Positions 28,463 to 37,242 of a stretch of DNA of 64,000 bases are shown here, one piece after another. The stretch covers positions 416,001-480,000 of the forward strand of contig CAWDNU010000004.1 in the NCBI GenBank assembly GCA_963803705.1, given 5' to 3'. The notes under the pieces were generated by a model. The model saw only the letters and a list, made by a program, of their open reading frames with translations. It did not search any database and was not told the origin of the DNA. Every line of letters begins with the position of its first letter. Within the stretch, counting starts at the first letter, position 1. This DNA comes from an uncultured Pseudobdellovibrionaceae bacterium. GTDB taxonomy: Bacteria; Bdellovibrionota; Bdellovibrionia; Bdellovibrionales; UBA1609. The position numbers and the translations under genes are program-made.

Positions 28463-29932
28463 TTATTTAAAATCTTTTAAATTCAAACCTGTCTTTGGCG
28501 GCAGCGCTTTGGACCCATCATAATTAACTTTCATTAGATCTACTTGTGATTTCAAATAGGTTGATTTTAGTTTAATGTTTTGGGCTAAATTATTAATTTT
28601 GCCAGCCAACTCTAAACTTTTATCTTTCCCATTTAGAAAGCTATCTTGCAGTACATGAAGTTCGAAAATCATTTGAGTCACTGTCCCGTAAGCTTGGTAT
28701 AGAGTTAAATAGTAAATTTTTGATTTCAAGTCAGCGGACTTAAGCTGCTCAAACATTTCTACGATATTTTTCTGTGTTCCAAGCCAGTCTACTGAAAAAC
28801 GATTCCAGGCGGCTAAATTTTTGCTACTCAGCGAGCGATTATATATATTCAATGACTTTTGATACTGTCCTAATAAAGTTTCATTTAGATCAATCAGTTC
28901 ATTTAACTCTATCGACGCGCTTTCTCTGGCTTTAGAATGAAAACTTTCCAGTTGTTGATTATAACTACTAAGTCCCGACAGACCAAACTTATGGGTAGAG
29001 CTATACAGTTCTAAATTTTTCTTATCACAACTCAAACACGTAACAGACACGTTGTACTCTCCTGCAGGTAGGTACTCGCCTTGATCGCCTCGAATTGCGC
29101 CGGTTTGAAAATATGGGCTTGTTAGGTTTATTTCTACCGACTTACCAAACCTAAATGCATTTAAAAGAGAATCAGGATTGCCCTGAATGTCCACCCTAAT
29201 TTTAGATGCTGAAGGCAAATTTACGCTACCGACAAAAACCGGGTCTTTAAATGGCGTATCCTTTTCGTAAAAAACTAAGCTGGGGTCTTTTGTTGTAGCC
29301 GGTTTTTTTGCATTTGATATCAATTGAGCTTTAATCTCGGTGGGTAAGTCGCTGATAAATGATTTCGCTGAATACAGATTGTTAATTAAAATCCCGAAAA
29401 GAAAAAGAAGGGCAATTGATGAAAGGCCCAATCCAACTTGGTAATACCTTATGTTATCTTTGTTAAGTCCTAACTGACGTCCTAATAAAAAAGCACTTTG
29501 TTTCATTATAAACTTGAAGCTATTCATTTTATCAACCAAACCATCTTGGCCTTTAATGCTGACTACTTTTACCGAGTCTAAATTTGCAAAGCTCATTTCT
29601 TTGTCTTGAAATTTAATTCGATCGATAGACCCAAGTTGGGCCTGAAACGAAAAGTCATTATCTGAAATGTTTTCGATATCAAAGGTCCCGCAAGAACGAA
29701 AACTTTCGATGCACTTTAATGAAATCCATGCTTTAAGTCCTGGTCGCCAAATATGGTGATCAATTGATATCAGCCTATTTAAGAGCAGCTGATTTACCTG
29801 CTTGGTTGTAAGTGGACCAAAATGCCTAGTCTGGCGAAATATAAACCAATCACCTAGTTCGTGGCCGAGCTCAATTTGCTTAGGGTTTAGAAAATTTTCA
29901 TTACCAGTGTCTGGTGCTTTATCTGTATTCAC
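28463..29932 (-). CDS. GYF_2 (DUF4339)-domain bitopic membrane protein
   Basis: WFIFRQTRHFGPLT...IWRPGLKAW at N-terminus; TM VGLGLSSIALLFLFGILI; periplasmic region with CLSC. Confidence 0.75.
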   Translation of the reverse strand: MNTDKAPDTGNENFLNPKQIELGHELGDWFIFRQTRHFGPLTTKQVNQLLLNRLISIDHHIWRPGLKAWISLKCIESFRSCGTFDIENISDNDFSFQAQLGSIDRIKFQDKEMSFANLDSVKVVSIKGQDGLVDKMNSFKFIMKQSAFLLGRQLGLNKDNIRYYQVGLGLSSIALLFLFGILINNLYSAKSFISDLPTEIKAQLISNAKKPATTKDPSLVFYEKDTPFKDPVFVGSVNLPSASKIRVDIQGNPDSLLNAFRFGKSVEINLTSPYFQTGAIRGDQGEYLPAGEYNVSVTCLSCDKKNLELYSSTHKFGLSGLSSYNQQLESFHSKARESASIELNELIDLNETLLGQYQKSLNIYNRSLSSKNLAAWNRFSVDWLGTQKNIVEMFEQLKSADLKSKIYYLTLYQAYGTVTQMIFELHVLQDSFLNGKDKSLELAGKINNLAQNIKLKSTYLKSQVDLMKVNYDGSKALPPKTGLNLKDFK

Positions 29933-30172
29933 ACTCTAAATGCTATCAAAGATTGATGAAAATAGTATTGGGACAAGGATAAACCCAACTTAGGTAGTTA
30001 TGATTTTATTTGAACGACCTTAAAACCGGCAGATAAACACCTGAAATCTAGAACAGAGGCCTGGTTTAGGCAATTGACTTGTGTAAATACAAAAAAAAAT
30101 CCTCAACCTATGAAGCTCTTTTGTCATTTTTTTAATTAGATCAATTTAATTAGATTAAATAGATGAGCAGAT

Positions 30173-30904
30173 TTATATGGGAAGTTTATTCAAAACCTTA
30201 ATGACGACCCTGCGATTTTGCTCTTGGTTTTTTTGAATGGCTCCGCCACTTTCAGTCCTATTGGGTAAAATCGGCCTGGTCTCACCCAGACCAATGGTCA
30301 GTATTTGATCTCGGTTGAAACTGTAGTCTTCAAATAATCTAGCAACAGCATTAGCCCGAAGACTCGATAGCTCCCAATTGCTGGCAATGATGCCTCTACT
30401 TATTGGAGTGTCATCTGTATGTCCTTCAATTAAGTATTTTTTGTCACCAGCTTCATCGCTCAAGACCCTCAGTAATTCACTCATAAGGATTTTAGCGTCT
30501 GCGCGAGGCTTGTATGAGCCAGATAAGAAAAACAAAGTTCCTTCGAAAGTAATGGTAACTCCCGATTGTGCAATTGCTACATTAACTTGGTCTTTTAGCC
30601 CTCTTTCTGCAATTAAGTTTTTTATAGCTTTACCTGCTTTTTCAAAAGGCTCTACAACTTCGCCACCGAAATATAAGGCAGTTTGACTACCAACGGCTTT
30701 AAATTTGTCTTCGTCAAAACTAGACATTGAAAGCATCAATGCGAAAAAACCCATTAACAAAGTCATCATATCGGCGTAGCTAATAAGCCAAACGCCTTCT
30801 GTGTCTTCGTGTCCACCGTGCTCTTCTTCTATCTCTAAGAGCTGTTCTCCGAATTCCTCTTCGTGTGAAGTGTCATCAACTGAATATAAAGGTTCTTGAC
30901 TCAT
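30173..30904 (-). CDS. motB: Stator B subunit MotB/PomB (OmpA-like peptidoglycan-binding domain)
   Basis: WLISYADMMTLLMGFF with conserved Asp; IEGHTDDTP...SNWELSSLRA...NRRVVI. Confidence 0.95.
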   Translation of the reverse strand: MSQEPLYSVDDTSHEEEFGEQLLEIEEEHGGHEDTEGVWLISYADMMTLLMGFFALMLSMSSFDEDKFKAVGSQTALYFGGEVVEPFEKAGKAIKNLIAERGLKDQVNVAIAQSGVTITFEGTLFFLSGSYKPRADAKILMSELLRVLSDEAGDKKYLIEGHTDDTPISRGIIASNWELSSLRANAVARLFEDYSFNRDQILTIGLGETRPILPNRTESGGAIQKNQEQNRRVVIKVLNKLPI

Positions 30905-30918
30905 CTTATCGGCTCCAA

Positions 30919-31737
30919 CTAGGCGGCTTTCTTCGATTTATTAGACAAGCTGCTGGCAACTTGCTTTAAAGCGTCCCTTTCACTTGGAAGTAAATAACTT
31001 TTAATGTTTTCTTCTACTAATAGAGGATGCTTTTTTGCACGTATCATTCTCATACCATCAATGATCATTTGCCGTGTAATTTTGTCCTGACGGTTAAACT
31101 TAGATAAATTTTCACCAATAGGTATGAAGATAAAATTTGATAAGGCTATACCATATAGCGTTGCAACCAGTGCCACGGCCATCTTAGGCCCAACGTTTTT
31201 AATTGCATCTGCACCACCTAAGCTTTCCATCAGACCAACCATTCCCACGACTGCGCCTAATAAGCCAAATGCTGGTGGAAATTTGGCTAAAGTTGTAAAC
31301 ATACTGGCGTCTTCTCCGTAGCGTTTAAAATGGGTAGAAGCTCTTTTTGTTAGTATCAGATCAATCTCTTTTTCCGATAGCCCTCCATCAATAGTAAGTT
31401 CAATAGCTTCTTTTAAAAAAGGGGTCTTTATATTCGAAACAGCTTTTGAAAGATAAGTGTCATCATTTCTGTAATTAGTCGCTAGATCGACCATTTCTAT
31501 GATGACGTCTGAGTATTGCTTTTGCGTACTTTTTAGCACTTTACTGGCAAAAACTTTACAAAGTAAAACAATGTTTTTCGCTGAAAAGCTTAACATTGCA
31601 GCGGCTGCCGTTCCGCCAATTACTATTAAACCCGCGTGCCAATCTAAAAAAACTAAAGGGTTTTTTGTAGATGTTAATGCGATTGTCAAAAACACTAATA
31701 GTGCTAAAATTAGCCCTGAAGCCGAGGATTTATTCAA
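30919..31737 (-). CDS. motA: Stator A subunit MotA/PomA
   Basis: Four TMs; IVIGGT, PPAFGLLGAVVGM, MAVALVATLYG; AAGGAG RBS before a TTG start. Confidence 0.95.
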   Translation of the reverse strand: MNKSSASGLILALLVFLTIALTSTKNPLVFLDWHAGLIVIGGTAAAAMLSFSAKNIVLLCKVFASKVLKSTQKQYSDVIIEMVDLATNYRNDDTYLSKAVSNIKTPFLKEAIELTIDGGLSEKEIDLILTKRASTHFKRYGEDASMFTTLAKFPPAFGLLGAVVGMVGLMESLGGADAIKNVGPKMAVALVATLYGIALSNFIFIPIGENLSKFNRQDKITRQMIIDGMRMIRAKKHPLLVEENIKSYLLPSERDALKQVASSLSNKSKKAA

Positions 31738-31760
31738 GCTTTTGCTCCTTGTTAGTTACT

Positions 31761-31788
31761 TTTTCGGCTTCATAAATTAAGTGCATGA
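31761..31788 (-). promoter_or_regulatory. Sigma28-like promoter of motA
   Basis: TCATG-N15-GCCGAAAA upstream of the motA RBS. Confidence 0.5.
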
Positions 31789-31880
31789 GTCTAGAACACT
31801 GATCATTAATTTTGAGTTGTCCTACAAGCCAGACTTTTGTAGGGTCAACTCAGAAAATTTGTTTAATTTGGGATCAAAAA

Positions 31881-32354
31881 ATGGTTGAGAATGACACAAA
31901 AGCTAAAAACCCTGATCACGGTCTGACAGGTCATTCATCTACCACAGATGAGATAGCACGACTTATTAAAGCAAACGGCTTAAGGATGACAACTCAAAGA
32001 CGCGCTCTTATCGAAGTTTTAAACCAATCTAAAACAAGCTTATCTATTAAAGAGCTATTTATTAGAATGTCCGATAAAAATGTTAAAATTGATGAGGCCT
32101 CCGTTTACCGAATTACAGAAGCTTTTAAGGATCTGAATATTGTCCACGTGCACTTGAATGGAAAGGTTAAACTATGCTCTCATTTAGTTTGCGAGCAAGC
32201 TTTTCATTTAAGTTTGGAGTGCAACAGGTGTAGTAAAGCTTTAGAACCTCACTTAAGTTCCGCTGATGAGCAAAAAGTTGCCAAAATCTTAAACCTTCAA
32301 GCGAATACTATATCCTATTTACATGTAAATTATGTTTGTGGTCAGTGTTTGTAA
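31881..32354 (+). CDS. Fur-family transcriptional regulator
   Basis: GLRMTTQRRALIEVL, ASVYR, CNRC and CGQC zinc motifs; ATG at 31881 chosen as likely start. Confidence 0.8.
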   Translation: MVENDTKAKNPDHGLTGHSSTTDEIARLIKANGLRMTTQRRALIEVLNQSKTSLSIKELFIRMSDKNVKIDEASVYRITEAFKDLNIVHVHLNGKVKLCSHLVCEQAFHLSLECNRCSKALEPHLSSADEQKVAKILNLQANTISYLHVNYVCGQCL

Positions 32355-32396
32355 GTTTGCAACCCACAAATCGGTAACCAACTAAGAAAATTATGA

Positions 32397-32413
32397 TAGG
32401 GCCTGTGGAAGAT
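32397..32413 (+). repeat. 17-bp direct repeat, copy 1 (TAGGGCCTGTGGAAGAT)
   Basis: Identical copy at 36647-36663. Confidence 0.75.
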
Positions 32414-32457
32414 TCATGCCTTGATACTGCAATTCATATCTTATAGTATTTGCTGCT

Positions 32458-33279
32458 ATGGATAACTTATCTTTAAATCAAGAAACAATCGACAACCTAA
32501 TGACTATGGCTATAGGCTATGCCCCTAAGCTTTTGCTTGCACTTTTGACTCTGATCGTTGGATTTTGGATTTCACGAAAGATAGCGAACGCAATACAAAA
32601 AGTTTTAAGTGTTAAAGAGATCGACCCATCGCTTGCCAAATGGCTAGGCTCCTTTTTATCAGTCACTTTAAAAATTCTGGTTATTATTTCTGTGGCAGCG
32701 ATGGTTGGAATTGAAACCACTTCTTTTATTGCGCTTTTAGGTGCTGCAGGCTTGGCTATAGGGCTGGCGCTGCAAGGAAGTCTTGCAAATTTTGCGGGCG
32801 GACTGCTTATACTTTTCTTCAAACCTTTTAGGGTGGGAAGCCACATCAAGGCTCAAGGAGAAGAAGGCATTGTCGAGATCATTGATATTTTTTTCACTTA
32901 TGTCAGAACTTTTGACAATAAGATGATTGTTCTACCAAACGGTCCGTTGGCTGGGGATAAAATTGTAAACGTCACCAAGCTTGAAAAAAGAAGAGTCGAT
33001 ATAGAAATTGGTATTAGTTATGAAGATGATTACAATCTTGCCGCCAAAGTTTTAAAAGACTTAGCATTAAGTAATGATAAGGTCTTTAAGACACCAGAAC
33101 CCTTCACTGGCATCAAAAATTATGGAGACAGCTCCATAAATATTATTCTAAGAGTCTGGTGCAAAACTGAAGATTATTGGGAAGTTTATTTCCATATAAA
33201 CAATAGTCTTAAAGAAAAATTTGATAATGCCAAACTATCAATTCCTTTTCCCCAGAGGGATGTACATATTTACAATTGA
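32458..33279 (+). CDS. mscS: Small-conductance mechanosensitive channel
   Basis: TSFIALLGAAGLAIGLALQGSLANFAGG, KPFRVG, IPFPQRDVH. Confidence 0.95.
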   Translation: MDNLSLNQETIDNLMTMAIGYAPKLLLALLTLIVGFWISRKIANAIQKVLSVKEIDPSLAKWLGSFLSVTLKILVIISVAAMVGIETTSFIALLGAAGLAIGLALQGSLANFAGGLLILFFKPFRVGSHIKAQGEEGIVEIIDIFFTYVRTFDNKMIVLPNGPLAGDKIVNVTKLEKRRVDIEIGISYEDDYNLAAKVLKDLALSNDKVFKTPEPFTGIKNYGDSSINIILRVWCKTEDYWEVYFHINNSLKEKFDNAKLSIPFPQRDVHIYN

Positions 33280-33380
33280 TTTTAGCCTGGTCGGATAATA
33301 TAAATCAGATAATATAAATAGGAGATGAGTTAAAACCCTTTTTAAGGTATCTTTCTTTTGAACTAGCCAGGAGCTTTTTT

Positions 33381-34079
33381 TTGCACATTAGAAACTTAAA
33401 TTCATTTTTTGGTTTGCTATTGATGTCAGCTGTACTTTTTTTAGCCAGCTGCTCTCATCTAAATTTTAAATCTAGTAAGGAGCCAGAACCAGATCCAATA
33501 GAACTACTAAAAAAAGACCTGAAATCTGACAACGAAATCTTTAGAAAAAATCTTGAAGAAAAAATATCTAGGGTCATTCGAAATGAAATAGTTCCTGAGT
33601 TAAGAGAAATATCTATCTACTCAAGAAGAACGATAAAAAAACAAAATGAAATTAAAAGTGAGGCTCTACAAAAAATTATTATCGGAAGAGTAGAATGGAT
33701 CAAAACTACAGATCCCGAAGTAAAATTTAGAGCCAGAATAGATACCGGTGCCCAGACCTGTTCAATCCACGCCGATAAAATCACAGAGGTATCCAAAGAG
33801 GGTGTGCCCTACGTTGAATTTGTCACAACAGACGAACAAGGTGAACGGCATTCGTTTTTAAAAAAAATTATTAAGACTACTATTGTTAAAAGCACTTCTG
33901 GTGCGTCCAGAAAACGCTACGTCATCAAATTAGATTTACTATTTGGTGGCCGTCAAATTTCAACAAACGTTAATTTGAACAACAGAACCCACTTAAAACA
34001 TAATTTTTTGGTGGGTCGCAATCTTTTACTTGGTGACTATATTGTAGATGTTTCTCAATCACGCCTACTGGACAAATAA
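33381..34079 (+). CDS. Retropepsin-like aspartic peptidase ('ATP-dependent zinc protease'/RimK-associated family), lipoprotein
   Basis: Lipobox LAS-C; IGRVEW, ARIDTGAQTCS, FLVGRNLL. Confidence 0.85.
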   Translation: MHIRNLNSFFGLLLMSAVLFLASCSHLNFKSSKEPEPDPIELLKKDLKSDNEIFRKNLEEKISRVIRNEIVPELREISIYSRRTIKKQNEIKSEALQKIIIGRVEWIKTTDPEVKFRARIDTGAQTCSIHADKITEVSKEGVPYVEFVTTDEQGERHSFLKKIIKTTIVKSTSGASRKRYVIKLDLLFGGRQISTNVNLNNRTHLKHNFLVGRNLLLGDYIVDVSQSRLLDK

Positions 34080-35693
34080 ATGATACCAATTAAGCTACTA
34101 AAAAAAATAATAATTTTCATATGTATCGCTTTACCAATTTATATGTTGATTTACAAAAGTCAGAAGCTAGGTTTACCAATTATACCAAGACAGGCTTTAG
34201 ACCTGTGGCAAGTTGAAATAAAAGCTAATCATAAAAATTTAAGAAAACTTTTGGTAGGACAGCCAAGAGAAATTGTCATTCCCGTTCCAACTTCGACAAA
34301 TTCTCAGACAATCAATAGCATAGAGCTTGCACCAGAAAAAAATATTAAACTTCTCCAAGAGATTGAAGGCGGACCGGTCTTATTTTTATCTTCTGACTAC
34401 ATTAACAAAAATGTTCAGACCTTAATCACGGCAAAAATTCAGCTCTACGAACTAAACTCTAGAACTAACGTTGTAAAAAATGAGTCCTTAGATGATTTTC
34501 AATTAGGTAAGTATAAGAATCTTAGTGGTTACTCTGTCGCTGAGCTTGAGTCCCTTAAAAAACTCTCTTCATCACTTAGCTTTAGTCAAGACGGTCCACT
34601 TGAAAGACTACAAAAATTTTTCTTTTACGTTTCTGATGAAATTGTTTTACAACCAGGTTTAGATTCAATTGAGGACACTTTAACTTTGTCATCCGGAAGT
34701 TTGCTAGGACAAGCAAAACTTATGACCGCACTTGCAAGACTAAACGGTATTCCGTCAAGGGTTGCTTTTGGCATTCAAATTCTAGATCCAAGAACAAACA
34801 GAAAAAGTAAATATAGTCGGGTCTTTTATACTGAAGCTTTGATGAACAACAAGTGGATACCTATTAGTCCCCACTATAAATTGTTTGGTCAAACAAACAA
34901 AGACATGATTGTAATTCACAGGGATAGCGAAAAGTATATGGATCTGTTTAATGACAGAAACATGCTATCAATAATGATCGAGCCTCTGAAATTTATGAGT
35001 TATTCGTCTGAATCTTATATGAAAAAACTTAAGACGCAAAGCACATTTTGGTCTTACTTTTCCCTCCACAGGTTTTCGCTTTCTATTCAAGCAATTTTTC
35101 TTGGGATTTTGCTGATACCTTTTGGCACTATTATCCTTTCTTTTAGCCGCGTATTTTTAGGTATAAACACTTTTGGTATTTTTACGCCTATACTGTTAAC
35201 TCTATTTTTTCTTGAAACTTCATTTGTCTTTGCTTTTACACTTTTCTTTTTCGTAGCCATCTTAGGATTCACTCAAAGATATTTACTTGATCGCTTTCAC
35301 ATTTTGGCCGTACCTAGACTTTCAATTTTACTGACCATGACGATAATTGTTTACACACTTTATATCATCATTGCAGATAGCACTGGACTATTAGTTGTTA
35401 ATAACCAAACTGTAAACTACTTCCCTATTGTAATTATAAGTATTCTGATCGAAAGATTTTCTGTCTACTATATTGAAGAAGGCTTAGTTAACACTATGAA
35501 AACCGCAGTAGGAACTCTATTTGTGTCAACCTTATGCTACATGCTACTTTCTGTGCACTGGCTAAAGGCTTTAATTTTTAACAATCCAGAACTACTTCTT
35601 CTTTCAATTGGCCTAAATATTTTGATTGGAAGCTACAAGGGCTACAGATTAAGCGAGTATTTTAGGTTCTCTGGGCTTAAGGATTCTAAATAA
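34080..35693 (+). CDS. Inactive transglutaminase-like + 7TM domain membrane protein
   Basis: ALARLNGIPSRVAFG transglutaminase-like core without catalytic Cys; GINTFGIFTPILL, LAVPRLS, FPIVIISILIERF, GYRLSEYFRF. Confidence 0.85.
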   Translation: MIPIKLLKKIIIFICIALPIYMLIYKSQKLGLPIIPRQALDLWQVEIKANHKNLRKLLVGQPREIVIPVPTSTNSQTINSIELAPEKNIKLLQEIEGGPVLFLSSDYINKNVQTLITAKIQLYELNSRTNVVKNESLDDFQLGKYKNLSGYSVAELESLKKLSSSLSFSQDGPLERLQKFFFYVSDEIVLQPGLDSIEDTLTLSSGSLLGQAKLMTALARLNGIPSRVAFGIQILDPRTNRKSKYSRVFYTEALMNNKWIPISPHYKLFGQTNKDMIVIHRDSEKYMDLFNDRNMLSIMIEPLKFMSYSSESYMKKLKTQSTFWSYFSLHRFSLSIQAIFLGILLIPFGTIILSFSRVFLGINTFGIFTPILLTLFFLETSFVFAFTLFFFVAILGFTQRYLLDRFHILAVPRLSILLTMTIIVYTLYIIIADSTGLLVVNNQTVNYFPIVIISILIERFSVYYIEEGLVNTMKTAVGTLFVSTLCYMLLSVHWLKALIFNNPELLLLSIGLNILIGSYKGYRLSEYFRFSGLKDSK

Positions 35694-35694
35694 C

Positions 35695-36645
35695 ATGTTC
35701 AAGTATTTGAAAGATTTAGGCATATTAGGAAATAATGGCCGTATCACAGATTTTATTCTGCCCCACAACAAGCGTAAGTCTTACCCTTTTGTAGACAACA
35801 AACTTTTGACTCACGAATTAGCAATAAAAAACAGTATAGCGGGGCCCAAACTTTATTTTAATATTAGGACGTTTGGTGACCTAAAATTTTTGCATTCCTT
35901 TTTTAAAGATATTGAGTCCGCTGTTATAAAGCCAGCCAGGGGTTCTCAGGGAAATGGCATTTTAGTTTTAAACCAAATTCTTTGGGACCCAAAGCCTAAT
36001 AAAACTAAATTTATGACCTCTAGGAAAAACATGACTAGTTTTTCGGAGGTCGAATATCATATCAGTTCAATTTTAAGTGGCCTTTACTCTTTAAACGGAG
36101 ATATGGATCAAGTGCTGGTTCAAGAAAAGTTGGATTCAACCGAGAATTTAAAGCGTATTAGCTTTAAAGGTTTGCCAGATATTCGAGTGATTTTATTTTA
36201 TGGGATACCTGTTATGGCGATGACCCGGCTGCCCACCGAGCAATCCTCTGGACGAGGCAATCTGCATCAGGGTGCAGTAGGGCTTGGTTTAAAAATATCT
36301 GATGGATCTGTCGTTGGTGCCATACAAAGCAACCGGTTGATCACAAAGCACCCTGATTTTGATATCTCGATTTTTGACCTTAAAATCCCCGAGTGGAAAG
36401 ACGTACTTAATCTAGCAGCAAAATGTTCTGAACTGGTTGACATCAAATATCTTGGTGTAGACTTAGTAATTGATCCAGTAAAAGGACCAATGCTTTTAGA
36501 AATGAATGCGAGACCTGGTCTTTCTATTCAACTAGCCAACAAGACCGGACTACTACCAAGATTAAAACAAGTAAATGAATTTTTAATCAAAAATAAAAAT
36601 GCCACAACTGATGAAAAAATAGACTTCGCTATTTCAAATTTTTAG
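35695..36645 (+). CDS. Alpha-L-glutamate ligase-like ATP-grasp protein
   Basis: VIKPARGSQGNGI, GLPDIRVI, AMTRLPT..S.GRGNLHQG, LEMNARPGLSIQLAN. Confidence 0.9.
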   Translation: MFKYLKDLGILGNNGRITDFILPHNKRKSYPFVDNKLLTHELAIKNSIAGPKLYFNIRTFGDLKFLHSFFKDIESAVIKPARGSQGNGILVLNQILWDPKPNKTKFMTSRKNMTSFSEVEYHISSILSGLYSLNGDMDQVLVQEKLDSTENLKRISFKGLPDIRVILFYGIPVMAMTRLPTEQSSGRGNLHQGAVGLGLKISDGSVVGAIQSNRLITKHPDFDISIFDLKIPEWKDVLNLAAKCSELVDIKYLGVDLVIDPVKGPMLLEMNARPGLSIQLANKTGLLPRLKQVNEFLIKNKNATTDEKIDFAISNF

Positions 36646-36646
36646 T

Positions 36647-36663
36647 TAGGGCCTGTGGAAGAT
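36647..36663 (+). repeat. 17-bp direct repeat, copy 2
   Basis: Identical to 32397-32413. Confidence 0.75.
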
Positions 36664-36714
36664 CTTGCATCTAAACTCAATGATGAAAGCTAAAAAATAC
36701 AATATTCAAAGCCG

Positions 36715-37230
36715 CTACTTGTTGATCTTATCCAAACCAAAGTGGGTTTCAAAGTCGTCATCAAAAACACTTGATAGACTGTAGTGAGCCAAACATGTCA
36801 TATCCTGAAGTTGTCCTAACCTTTCAGAATCTACATCAAGCTCTTTCAAGGTTTTTTCGTCACAAGATTTTAAGTGATCGGCAAGATCTTTAACTTTTTC
36901 AAGCATAACCAGTTCACGTCGCTTCAGTACGTTCAAGATCACTTCTAAAACTTTAGGGTTAGCGTTATAATGTTGAAAGACAGAGGGTGAATCTAATTCG
37001 ACCCTACATATCACCTTATTTTTAATTAAGTCTTTTATCGCCAAGCTTACTAGCCCCTTGCTGACTTTTAAATTATCAATAAAGTACTGGGCATCCCTGG
37101 GTACTGAGGACAAATAAAGCAAACACCATATTCTGCCATGAATGGACTTAAAACCCCAATACTTCATAAACTCGCCAACTGCGTGGGCAAGATTAAATTG
37201 AGAGCTTAAACACTCATTTTTAAGCGGCAT
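36715..37230 (-). CDS. GbsR/MarR-family transcriptional regulator
   Basis: GEFMKYWGFKSIHGRIWCLLYLS...LKVSKGLVSLAIKDL winged HTH. Confidence 0.8.
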   Translation of the reverse strand: MPLKNECLSSQFNLAHAVGEFMKYWGFKSIHGRIWCLLYLSSVPRDAQYFIDNLKVSKGLVSLAIKDLIKNKVICRVELDSPSVFQHYNANPKVLEVILNVLKRRELVMLEKVKDLADHLKSCDEKTLKELDVDSERLGQLQDMTCLAHYSLSSVFDDDFETHFGLDKINK

Positions 37231-37242
37231 GCAAACAACTCC

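Noticed and set aside
30906..30913. Perfect GCCGATAA sigma28 -10 box before motB
   Set aside because: No matching -35 at the expected spacing, and it is only 1 nt from the start codon in a 14-nt gap.
30173..31737. Zorya anti-phage system (ZorAB)
   Set aside because: MotA is normal length with no ZorA tail, no ZorC/D/E helicase or nuclease is nearby, and a FliG-like partner is present instead.
2910..31737. Ordinary flagellar operon
   Set aside because: No fliF/M/N, export apparatus, rod, hook or flagellin genes; the FliG homologue has a signal peptide and TM.
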